This document shows, in pieces, positions 53,662 through 64,000 of a stretch of 64,000 nucleotides of DNA. The stretch's first letter is position 1; every line of letters begins with the position of its first letter. This DNA is from Camelus dromedarius (lineage: Eukaryota). A program made the translations under genes and the position numbers. Under the pieces are notes generated by a model that worked only from the letters and a program-made list of their open reading frames with translations, did no database searches and was not told the DNA's origin. The DNA lies in contig NC_087444.1 in the NCBI RefSeq assembly GCF_036321535.1, forward strand, positions 73,656,001 to 73,720,000, read 5' to 3'.

Positions 53662-54011
53662 CAAATGGAACTCAGAGATATTTCAGGTTCAGTTCCAGAC
53701 CACCACAATAAAGTGATGACTGCAATAAAGCAAGTCACACAAATGTTTTGGTTCCCCAGTGAATACAAAAGTGACGTTTACCCTATACTGTAGTCTACTA
53801 AGTGTACAACAGCATTATGTCTAAAATATCAATGTACATTAATTTAAATTGATTATTTTTATTATTAATTTAGTTTAAGTACAATGTAGTTAATTTAAAA
53901 ATAATTTATTACTAAAAAATAAAGTCATCATCTGACAACACAGGGTTGCCACAAACCTTCCATTTGTAAACACTGCGGCATCTGGAAGCAGAATAGAATG
54001 AGGTGTGCCTG
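53662..54011 (+). mobile_element. Tigger1-type non-autonomous element, uninterrupted copy
   Basis: ...GAGATATTTCAGGTTCAGTTCCAGACCACCACAATAAAG...GGGTTGCCACAAACCTTC...GAGGTGTGCCTG, preceded by TA. Confidence 0.75.
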
Positions 54012-54362
54012 CGTGCACACATGTGTGCAATATACACTGTGCATATGATGTCCATTCGTGTGCACACAAGTGCACACACACTTACCTACATACACAATAT
54101 ATGGATACCCATACATATCATACAATGTGCATGCCATGTGAACACACACAATGCACATAGATCTACATGTGTGAACATGCACATATGAATCCAATGTAAA
54201 CACATCCACATAGCACACACTGCAGAGGTGCATACGTGTACCTGGGTATTCACACTACATGCACACACGAAGTAAATCCACACACACATACAACCACACA
54301 GTGTCTGCACACACAACTGCGCTGCCAGCTTCATGGCCACCCCAGGGCCTCCATCCCCCAAG

Positions 54363-54395
54363 CTAACTGTCCCTGCTCTCCCTCCCCTGACAGCC
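54363..54395 (+). other. Branch point and 3' splice site of the FUT2 coding exon
   Basis: CTAAC at 54363-54367, pyrimidine tract, then GACAG|CCATG (AG 54392-54393), the layout I recall for human FUT2 exon 2. Confidence 0.8.
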
Positions 54396-55412
54396 ATGCA
54401 CACAGCAACTTTCTTCTTCCCCACGGCCCCCTTCATCCTCTTTGTCTTCGCGGCTTCCACCATATTTCACCTTCAGCAGCGGCTGGTGAAGATGCAACCC
54501 TCGTGGGAGTTAGAGATGCTGGAGTCAAAGATGGTGGAGACTCCCTCCAGCCCCCCGCGGAAGGGCATGTGGACAATCAATGCAATAGGCCGCCTGGGGA
54601 ACCAGATGGGGGAGTACGCCACCCTGTACGCTTTGGCCAAGATGAACGGGCGGCCGGCCTTCATCCCGCCCCAGATGCACAGCACTCTGGCCCCCATCTT
54701 CAGAATCACCCTCCCCGTCCTGCACGACACCACGGCCAGCAGGATCCCCTGGCGGAACTACCACCTGAACGACTGGATGGAGGACCAGTACCGCCACATC
54801 CCGGGGGAGTACGTGCGCCTCACCGGCTACCCCTGCTCCTGGACCTTCTACCACCACCTGCACGCCGAGATCCTCCAGGAGTTCACCCTGCACGACCACG
54901 TGCGGGAGGAGGCCCAGAATTTTCTGCGGGGTCTGCAGGTGAATGGGAGCCGGCCGAGCACCTTCGTAGGGGTCCACGTGCGCCGGGGGGACTACGTTCA
55001 CGTTATGCCCAACGTGTGGAAGGGCGTGGTCGCTGACCGGCGATACCTAGAGCAGGCCCTGAACTGGTTCCGGACGCGCTACAGCACCCCCATCTTTGTG
55101 GTCTCCAGCAACGGCATGGCCTGGTGCCGGGAAAACATTGATGCCTCCCGTGGGGATGTGGTGTTTGCCGGCAATGGCAATGAAGGCTCACCAGCCAAGG
55201 ATTTTGCACTGCTCGCGCAGTGTAACCACACCATCATGACCATTGGGACATTCGGGATCTGGGCCGCCTACCTTGCAGGTGGAGAGACCATATACCTAGC
55301 CAATTACACTCTCCCAGACTCTCCCTTCCTCAAAGTCTTTAAGCCCGAGGCAGCCTTCCTGCCAGAGTGGATCGGAATTGAGGCAGACCTGTCCCCACTA
55401 CTCAAGCACTGA
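54396..55412 (+). CDS. FUT2: Secretor alpha-1,2-fucosyltransferase FUT2 (GT11), 338 aa, single coding exon
   Basis: [30 protein letters not shown] anchor, [37 protein letters not shown] and [15 protein letters not shown] terminus typical of FUT2. Sequons NGS, NHT, NYT. No nonsense codon. Confidence 0.97.
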   Translation: MHTATFFFPTAPFILFVFAASTIFHLQQRLVKMQPSWELEMLESKMVETPSSPPRKGMWTINAIGRLGNQMGEYATLYALAKMNGRPAFIPPQMHSTLAPIFRITLPVLHDTTASRIPWRNYHLNDWMEDQYRHIPGEYVRLTGYPCSWTFYHHLHAEILQEFTLHDHVREEAQNFLRGLQVNGSRPSTFVGVHVRRGDYVHVMPNVWKGVVADRRYLEQALNWFRTRYSTPIFVVSSNGMAWCRENIDASRGDVVFAGNGNEGSPAKDFALLAQCNHTIMTIGTFGIWAAYLAGGETIYLANYTLPDSPFLKVFKPEAAFLPEWIGIEADLSPLLKH

Positions 55413-57939
55413 TGTTAGCTGGTCCTCTGGACCCCATTCTCCTTTTTTGGCTCCCCCAAGGTCAGTGCCAAGGCAGGAGGAGCACATTGTTACATGTTCC
55501 AGGACACTTCCTCCTTGTATCAGAATGCTTCAGGCTGCAAGTAACAGAAGTCCCAATGAACTTATTTAAGTAACATGTTCATGAGTCTCACACAACAGGA
55601 GCAGAGGTGGCACATCTCCTGGGTTAATTTAACAGCTCAAGAACATCATCAGTGACCCCAGTTCCATCCATCTTGTTGAGCTGCTTAATCTCTTAAATTG
55701 GCTCCCTCGTGGTCCCAAGATGGCTGCCACATACCCAGGTGTCACACACAGACAGCCTCTTCCCAAGGCAGCAAAAAGAGGTTTGTTCTTATCTTAGGTC
55801 CCTTTTGAAGAGTGTGGGAAGCCTTCCAAAACCTCAGCAAGTGGCCCTGTGTCTTAATGACCAGAAGTGAGTCCCATGCCCACATGACTCCTTCCTTACA
55901 AAGCACGATGAATCAGACCCTGGACTTGACTTAGCCTCAGATCAAGAAATCTTTGCCCTCTGCAGCTGGGAAATCAATCAGCCTCCTCTGAAGGACACGG
56001 TTGTTTGCAGAAAGAAAATTGGGGTGCTCGTATCAAGGAAGAAGGGAAGAATGGCTATAGAGTGCAAAATAGGGAAGCTCTGAGTTATTGTGCAGGTAGG
56101 TCACTAAGCAAAGGCACCTGGCTAAGGAGTCAGGTGGGGCTTAAATAGAGCCCACAGTCTTCTCTCCAAGCCGTGTGTTCTAGGGATGGTGCCCACCCAG
56201 AGGGCTCACTTTTTTTTCTAGTTAGCCCACCCAGAATAGAGACTTTTTTTTCCAGTCTTCACAAGAGAGCCATCTTGGCTAGTAGTTGGGTGTGAATCCA
56301 AGACCATATGCCCCACCTCTGCAACCCTGGGTTCTAGGGCCTCAGGTGATTATTGTTGAGAACTCAGAGACCAGCATGGCTCAATGAACTCGAGGAGAGT
56401 CCATCATCCTTGTAGTAACCATGTGTGGTGTGAACCTAATAGACAGGATCCCTGCCCTCAAGGGCTGCATTGACAAAACATAGTGGCTTAAAATGACAAT
56501 TTGTTATTTCCCACAATTCTGTGGGTCAGCTGGGTGATTCTCTGCTCCATTCTAAACTGGCCGAGTTCTCTCAAGCAACTACATGTGAAGCTCAACTGGT
56601 GTAGGACAGGGTAACTTGGACTTACTCACAACATGGCTTTTAAGTTGTTTGCTGGAACACTCACTCTTGGAGTCTTCAGTCATCAGCATGATGTCAGAAG
56701 TCCAGCCATCTGAAGCTGCCATGCTGTGAGGACGCCCAAACCCAATGAGAGTCCACATGGAAGTACTCCGATTAAGTCTTAGCTGAGGCCAGCTTCAAGT
56801 CACCCCAGCCCAGGCATCAGATATGTGAGTGAAGAAGCTTCCAGATGATTCCACAGAAGTTCCAGTCAACCTAGCATTTAGAGTGATGCAGCTGAGGCAC
56901 CTGATACATTGCAGAGAGAAACCATATCTGAATTCTTGATTCACAGATTGTGTTGAGCATAATAATGTGACTGTTTTATGCCACTAAGTTTTGGGAAAGT
57001 CTGTTATGCAGCCGTCAATAACTGGAATAAACTAAAACAATTACTTTCTGTATTTGCAAAAACTTTTATGACTTCGGCATGAAAAAGGCCAACATGAATT
57101 TCCCCATCTGACTTGAGATGTCATGTGCAAAGGCCCTGTGGCAGGAGAAAGTCCAGTTATTTATGTGAGTGAAATGAGGCCAGTGTGGCTGGAACACATC
57201 AAGACAGGTATGGGTGGAGAAGTTAACAGGGTGGGACCATAAAATGCCTTGTTGACCCTGCTGAGGGCTTTGGGTTTCATTCTAAGACCAATGGGAAGCC
57301 ATCAGAGGGTTTTACTTAGAGAGGTGGTATGATCTGATTTGCTGTGTGGACATTTCTGGCTGTTATGTGGAGACATGGCTGTAGGGGCAAGGGTGGAGAC
57401 ATAGAGACCAATAAGAAGGAAGGCTACTGTAACATTTCTGGCAACTAATGATGGTGCACTTTTGAAAAACTTAAATTCTATCCAACTCCAATTATGGTCT
57501 GTCTACACCCATTCACCCACAGTCTTGCCGAAGTTGGATATTACCATTTTCTAAATTTTTCTCCAACTTCTTTGGAAAAAAAGGCACCTTTTTCAATTAC
57601 GTGTCTCTGAGTGAGATCTGTTTTAACCTTTTTTATCACTTCTTCTAAAGTCAGTCTGCTAAGTGAGAGGCTGCCCTCAGGTTCTCAAATGCAAAACTAA
57701 GGTGAATTCAGAACTTCTTCACTTTGCAGGTTTTCTCATCAACCACACCAAGTCTTCAGCATCAACCCAACCCAGAAATTTTATTTTTAATTTTCCTTTC
57801 TTTATTTGCCATCTTGTATTAGTTATGAAGTCCTGATTGTTATTTTTAAATTCTAACATCATACATGTGAAACATTCATAAAATGCATGGTATAAAGAAT
57901 AACAGAGCAGAAACTCCTATCCAGGTTAAGACCTGGTGT

Positions 57940-58490
57940 GTCAGGTTACTCCAAGACCACTCTCAGGTTCAATGAGTTGCTGGAAGGACTCACAGACCTC
58001 ACCAAAGCAGTACTCATGGTTATGTTTTATTACAGTAAAAAGATACAGATTAAAATCAGCAAAGGTGCACAGGGTAGAGCTCAGGAGAGACCAGGTGGAA
58101 GCTTCTAGTTGTCCTGTCCCAGTGGAGTCATATGAACAGGACTTAATTCTCCTGGCAATAATGTAGGACAGGATATATTAAGTACTGTCAACCAGAGAAC
58201 CTCACATGAGCCTTGGTGTCCAGGGATTCTCCTGGGGGTCGGTCACGCAGGACTGGCTGGGTGCCCGTGTGGCCGACCTTAGTTACTTGTCCTCAGCACT
58301 TCTGGAAATCAAGTTGATACTATGTGGTCCAAGGTCCCAAGTAAACAAAGATAGTAAACCGTCAGGTAGAACATGCCAAGGGCTTAGAGGTTATATCCCA
58401 GGAGCTGGTCATGGGTCACTCCTTTCTCTGGAATGTGCAGGGCTTGAACACCCCAAGACTGTTGAGTTAACCCTTTACTGCACACCTGGG
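57940..58490. mobile_element. MER21C-like LTR
   Basis: TGTCAGGTTACTCCAAGACCAC...GGAAGGACTCACAG...GATACAGATTAAAATCAGCAAAGG motifs. Confidence 0.6.
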
Positions 58491-58994
58491 ATGCTGTTGG
58501 GGTCCAGAAACAACCAGAAAGCCTCTCTCCCCACCGCAGTTGATGGTGACTCTCAATTCTGTTGACATATTCCTATCTTTCTTCATTCTTTTACCATTTC
58601 TGGATATATCTCTAAAAAAGAAAATAGTTTCATTCTGCTTTATCTTTATTTCCCAGTATAATTGAAACACAATTTATATACAATAATGTTCACCCACTAG
58701 TTAGTAGTATTCTTTATAATAGCCACAAAGGGGAAACAACCCAGTTGTCCATCAACTGTGGAAGGGAGAAACAAAATATGGTGGATGGAATATTATTCAG
58801 CCTTAAAAAGGAGTGAAACACTGATACACCCTAAACCATGGGTGAACCTGTGAGACACGAAGCTGAGTGAAAGAAGATGAACACAATGGACCACCATTAT
58901 GTTCATATGAAATGTCCAGAAGTGGTCAATCCACAGAGATAAAAAGTAGATTAGTGGTGCCCTCCATACCTCAGAGGACAGGTATGGGAGGGAA

Positions 58995-59574
58995 CGGGCA
59001 GTGACTGTGCAGTGTGGATTGCAAATGCCAAACAAGAAGTCCAGGCAGCTAGTGCTTAAAAGAGCCAAACTCCCTGATGACTTCCAGGGAAAGGCTTTTA
59101 AAGATGGGGGTGGAGAGGTGGTGCTGCTGAGTGCGTGATCAGCTTCTGGACATACTTCTGATTGGTTGGTGGTGAGGTAATCGGAGTCAACATCATCAAC
59201 CTTGTGCTTCCAACCCAACCCACCTGAGGTCTATGTGCCTGTGGGCAGAATACAGTTGATTTCTTCCACCTGGTGGGGGTTTCAGTATCTGCAAAACAGC
59301 TCAAAGGATATGGCTCAGAAAATTATCTATAGCCCTTGAGGAGAAACTTAAAGTTCTTGAGTTTGTTTAAGGGCTAAAGTGTTACTATTTTGTCTTGCTT
59401 GTTTTCCTTTGCTTATGCATTTTGTCACTTCTCTGATTACATTTATTCTTGGGAACACGAGGAAGACCTAAGACGATCAAAGTTTTCTACAAACAATAGG
59501 CAGGCAGAGGACATGGGGTAGGGGGTCAGGGGGTCCTGTCCCAGGAAGGGCCCATTGGGTCCTGCTCAGTTACA
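58995..59574 (-). mobile_element. Solo ERV1-type LTR inserted in an L1M fragment
   Basis: Minus strand begins TGTAACTGAGCAGGACCCAATGGG and has CCAAT and TATA-like segments. Flanked on both sides by L1-like sequence. Left boundary approximate. Confidence 0.55.
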
Positions 59575-62499
59575 CTTCCTGTCACTTTAGTTTTTCCTTT
59601 TCTAAAACTTTAAATAGAGAATCATTCCCCATTTAGTCTTTTCTGTTTGACTTCTTTCACTTAGCATCATGTTTCTGAGATTCATTCATGTTCTTGCAGG
59701 TATCAATCATTCACTGCCTTTTCACTGCTGAGTAGTATTCCACTGTGTGGATGTCCCTGTACAGGGTGCCTATCTGTTCAGCACTTGACAGACATTTGGG
59801 TTCTCTCCAGTTTAGAGCTATAATGAATGATGCTGTCATCAACATTTGTGTACAAGTCTTTATGCAAACATATGTTTTCATGTCTCTTGGGAAAATACCT
59901 TGGAACCAGGTCATCTATGAGGTCAGAGAGAAGTGCTTCTCTGGGATCCGCAGCTAGGGAGAGGCTGGGCTCAAAGTCTGAATGAAGGTTTGGCACTGAA
60001 GGGGTTTGCCCAAGGGGAAGAGAGTGTGAATGCTGATGATTCTCTTTCCTTCTTTTCTTCCCAGTTCAGTCACCTAACCCCTCCCTCCCTGGGGTCCGGG
60101 GTCCTCATCACCAGGCTGCCTGGGGCCTGAGAATCCCCATCATCCACCTCAGGGATAAACAAGATTTGAGAGAAAGAAGAGGTAACAGCCAGACAGACTG
60201 AAAATGAGAAAGCTGGACAACACCAAGGGCAGGGCAATCCCTGGGCACTCATGGTTGTCACAAGGGTTGGCACAGCCATTTGGCAGAGAAGTAGAAGTCA
60301 CATCAATCCTGACACAATCACTGACACTTAACAAGTGCTTCCTTTATGCCAGGCATTTTTCTAAGCACTCTACACAGGCTAGCTCATTTATTCCTCACAC
60401 CAAGCCCACATAGAGAGTACTATTACCCTTGTCCCCATTATATAGATGAGTAAACTGAGGCACAGAGAGGCTAAATGGCTTGCCCTAGGCCATGTAGATA
60501 CTGGTGTAGAGGTAAGTCCACATAGGTTGATCTGGCACCAGAGATGAGACTCAACCACTGTGGCACCTGCCTCTGTGTCAACGCACTCCTGGGTGTGATT
60601 CCTGGAGAAATTCTCCCACAGGTCCCTAAGGGGCTGTGCTTGATGGTGACAAACAGGAGGGTGAGGATGAGGATGATGGGGTGGAAGATGATGAGGATGA
60701 GGATCGCGGGTGGTTAGTGGAGTTGGGAGCTGCGGGTTGGTCACCACTGATAGAGCAGAGGAGGTGGAGGTAAAAGACAGAGTAGAAGTCAGCAACTGGA
60801 AGCAGTGACTAGATATGTGGTAACAGAGAGAAGGGAAGGAGAGAGAGAGACATGGAGGTGGGTGGGGAGAGAAGACGAAGAAGAAGAGGAGGGGGAGCAA
60901 CGAGGGGGAGAAAAGCAAACAAATACATTCTTCTCCATTCTACCCAATGAATATGAATGTACCCTTCTGGGGAATATGTCTATTAGATACATTGGTACCC
61001 TGGGAAATTTGTCAAATATATTCTTTGTCTTTTACATGTTTCCACTGAAATCATGGGGTGGCAGCTCGGTGGGGCGTGGGGTTGGGATCCCCATCTGACA
61101 TTCTTCTCCAGTGCCCCCATAGGTCCAGCCTTCATTTCCCCTGCTCCCTCCCTTGGGGGAGGCCCAGCCCTCTCATCAGAGGCAGGAGGGAAGGGACTGA
61201 AAGGTCTGGAGAAGGGTTGGGGGGCAGGCTGTGGAGCGTGCAGGACCTAAGCCTGTCCCTCAGGCTCTGGATTCAAAACTGCACACTCCACCCAAGCCAG
61301 AGCCTGTCTTTCAGATCTCCACCTTCCAGAAAATCCCTTAGCCACCCCTACCCCTGACTCTCTTTGGAACTCCACACAGGCCCCACAGGCTCTCAGCCCA
61401 AGGCTGCCCTCCTCTGGACATGGGAGAGATGGGGACAGAGATGGAGGAGGACAGAGACAGGCAGAGACGGGAAGAGGCTGATTTGAAGGTACAAGCAGAT
61501 AAGTGTCAGCAGGGAAATAGAGACAGAGGAAGCCCTGCCTGACCCCTTCTGATCTTTCCAGGGCTGGCTGCAACCCTTTCCCACCAATTTTCAGCCTGAC
61601 ATGAAGGGTCCTGCAAGACCCAGCCCAACACCCACATTTTTCTCCAGGAACACTGACCTCACAAGGCTCCCCAAGGGGCAGCGCCCTTCACACCATCAAG
61701 CCTCTGAGTGTTCTTCTACAAGGATGTTGTCTTCCAGGGGGTTCCTCTGACCAGCTCCTCCTTATCCTTTGAGTCTTAGCAAAAATGCTTTCTCTGACTA
61801 CCCTGTCCCATTCCCCCACAGCTTCTGGTACTTTCTAGGAATCTTGACCCTGCTGTTCCTCATACCATTACCAAGAAAATGCTTATCAGCCTGCGCTGGG
61901 ACTCTCTCTTTGCAAATGTCTGAGCTTCACCAGAGCAGAGATTGAGGCTCTTTGATTTTTCAACCCTGAGGGCACAGGCTGTGAATTTACTAATCTGATT
62001 TAAAACCCCACTCTGTGTGACATTGGGCAGGTCACTCCCCTTCTCTGATCTTTAAGTATTTCATCTGGAAAGTAAGGATGACAAATTTGACCTGATTGGT
62101 TTGGAAGACAGCAAAGTTTTGTTTGTTTGTTTGTTTGTTTTTGCCTCATGGTAACAAACATTTGTTCCCTTCCATTTCTACCTTGGATCTTTAATGTCCA
62201 TCAGAGTTTATATACTTTGCGACACTAGAATTGTCAATCAGCAGCAATATTTATCAGCACACGTCACATGCCAGGTCTAGTTCATGGACAGTCTCGGTGA
62301 ACGCTCATCCTCACCAGACTGTCGGTACAGGTGAGGAAACTGATGTGACAGCAGGCCAGGGGAAGTCGCTGGCTCTAGTTGCTGTAACATAATTAATCCC
62401 ACTTGCACATTCCCAGTTGTAGTGGACACCATTGGTGGCCTGCCCAGATCCTCTCAGATTCCTCTTACCAGTTCTGTGCACCCAACACCCAGCTTCTGC

Positions 62500-63065
62500 A
62501 TGCTTTATGCATTAATCATGCCTTTTTTGCATCTGTATTTCTGGCACTTTGATGTCTGGGCCTTGCTGACATTGGAGGGAACGCCCCTCCCCGGGCTAGC
62601 CAGTGCCTAAAGATAATAAAGGACTCACTTTTAAACATGCCTTTCATATACGAACCAACCAACCCGGAGCCTAGACCCCCAACCACTTCCTGTATGGAGC
62701 TCTTATACTTCCGGCTACTGTTCCTCTGCCTAATCACCCCAGGACCAAGTTCCAGATGACTGGGGGCAGCCCCTCCCCCACCCCAGAGCCTGCTGAAATT
62801 ATTCAACTAGGCAATCCTAAACTTACCTTGGTCATCTATTCCTTCCTGAGGAAACCACAATAAGGACTCTTGCCCAAGGTTCTCCTCTTTGCCTGTACCA
62901 CCTCCTGACCAACCTTGGTGCTTCCTCATATAGCCCTGTATAGCTTGGCGTGCCCCCTTCCTTTGGGATCTGTGAGAATAACAAACTATCTTTTCAATAG
63001 TAATTATCTTGTAATCTGTTGGCCTCACCATACCTGAATAGTAATAAAACCTATATTTTAAAACA
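62500..63065 (+). mobile_element. Ancient ERV LTR (family not assigned)
   Basis: Ends ...GGCCTCACCATACCTGAATAGTAATAAAACCTATATTTTAAAACA, an LTR-like terminus with a poly(A) signal. Confidence 0.5.
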
Positions 63066-64000
63066 CGTTGCTGTTAACAGCTGACACTGTGACCTTGTTC
63101 CCAAGACTGCCCTGGAACTTGAGGTGCCCGGGAGTTTATGTCCTGCCCTCTTCCCATCATGATCCATGGCCCACAATGACCAGGCCCCTGACATTCGTAC
63201 ATTGGTATAGTCTTCTCCCATATTCAGCCTGGGCTAGCCTGATTTGAATTAATCAATAGAATATGGTAGAAATGACATTGTGCCAGTTCCAAGCTTAGTT
63301 TTTAAGAGACTGGCAGCTTCCACTTCCTCCCCTGGGAATGCTTACTTTGGGGTGCCCTGAGCTACCATGTAAGGAGTCCAGCTACCTGTAGGAGAAAGCA
63401 CATGGGGAGGGGGAGCACTGAAACTTCATGGAGAATGAGAGCAGTTCCGATGTCCCACAGCCCAGTAGGCTCAAGCCTACTAGCCCTCCTTGCCAGACAC
63501 ATGTGAGTGCTCCATCTTGGATGTTCCAGCCCAGCTGGGTCCTAAGATGACTGCGGCTTTAGTTGACATCATATGGTAGTGAAGAACTACCTTTCTGAGC
63601 CCAGTCAACCCATAGAATTGTGAACAATCATAGACTGTTATTATTTGAAGACTCTAAATTTTCAGGTGGTTCATTATTCAGCAATAATAAACCCAAACAG
63701 TGATCTCTCTTTGCCTCAAAAACCCAGTTCCCTTTGCCTAAAGGTGGGAAAGACTCTGCAACTTAATTTATCCTTCAGAGCTCCCCATGGGATCAGACTG
63801 GGGTTGGACTTCACCTGAAGCCACACTCTTGCTGGTCTTCTTCCTCTTCACTGTAGTGTTTCATCTGTTCCTGTATTGGTTTCTCTTGGAGGCATGTCTT
63901 TAATAAATTATGGACACATGAATCTTGTCTCAGGGTCTCCTTCCAAGAGAATCTGAGCTCAGATATGATGCATCTGATTTTTCTCATCTCCAATCAGAAG

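Noticed and set aside
54333-54395. Upstream in-frame ATG extending FUT2 to 359 aa
   Set aside because: It lies in the intron upstream of the branch point and acceptor. ATG 54396 matches the orthologous start.
60560-64000. MAMSTR or FUT1 exons expected downstream by synteny
   Set aside because: No matching peptide found; the region is LTR, MIR and low-complexity sequence.

Overview
Mammalian genomic DNA, probably a camelid: it carries four copies of a tRNA-Ala-derived SINE of the camel/alpaca type. It is orthologous to human 19q13.33, with gene order DBP(-), CA11(-), NTN5(-), SEC1(+), FUT2(+). All coding exons were reconstructed by hand with GT-AG boundaries and consistent phases. DBP is 3'-truncated by the window edge; CA11 is 328 aa, NTN5 489 aa, SEC1 an intact 340-aa ORF and FUT2 338 aa. 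An intronless, multiply frameshifted APPBP2 processed pseudogene lies between SEC1 and FUT2, inserted inside a Tigger-type DNA element. The rest is ordinary mammalian repeat landscape with four N gaps. I found no wholly new gene system. The best leads are: (i) a candidate antisense SEC1 transcription unit starting in the NTN5 3'UTR, with an exon whose 20-codon uORF would be in frame with SEC1; (ii) a dense RFX X-box-like cluster in DBP intron 3; (iii) the APPBP2 retrocopy with a CpG-rich 5' end; (iv) a 352-nt SEC1/FUT2 homogenised tract. Repeat family names and comparisons with other species are from recall and were not searched.
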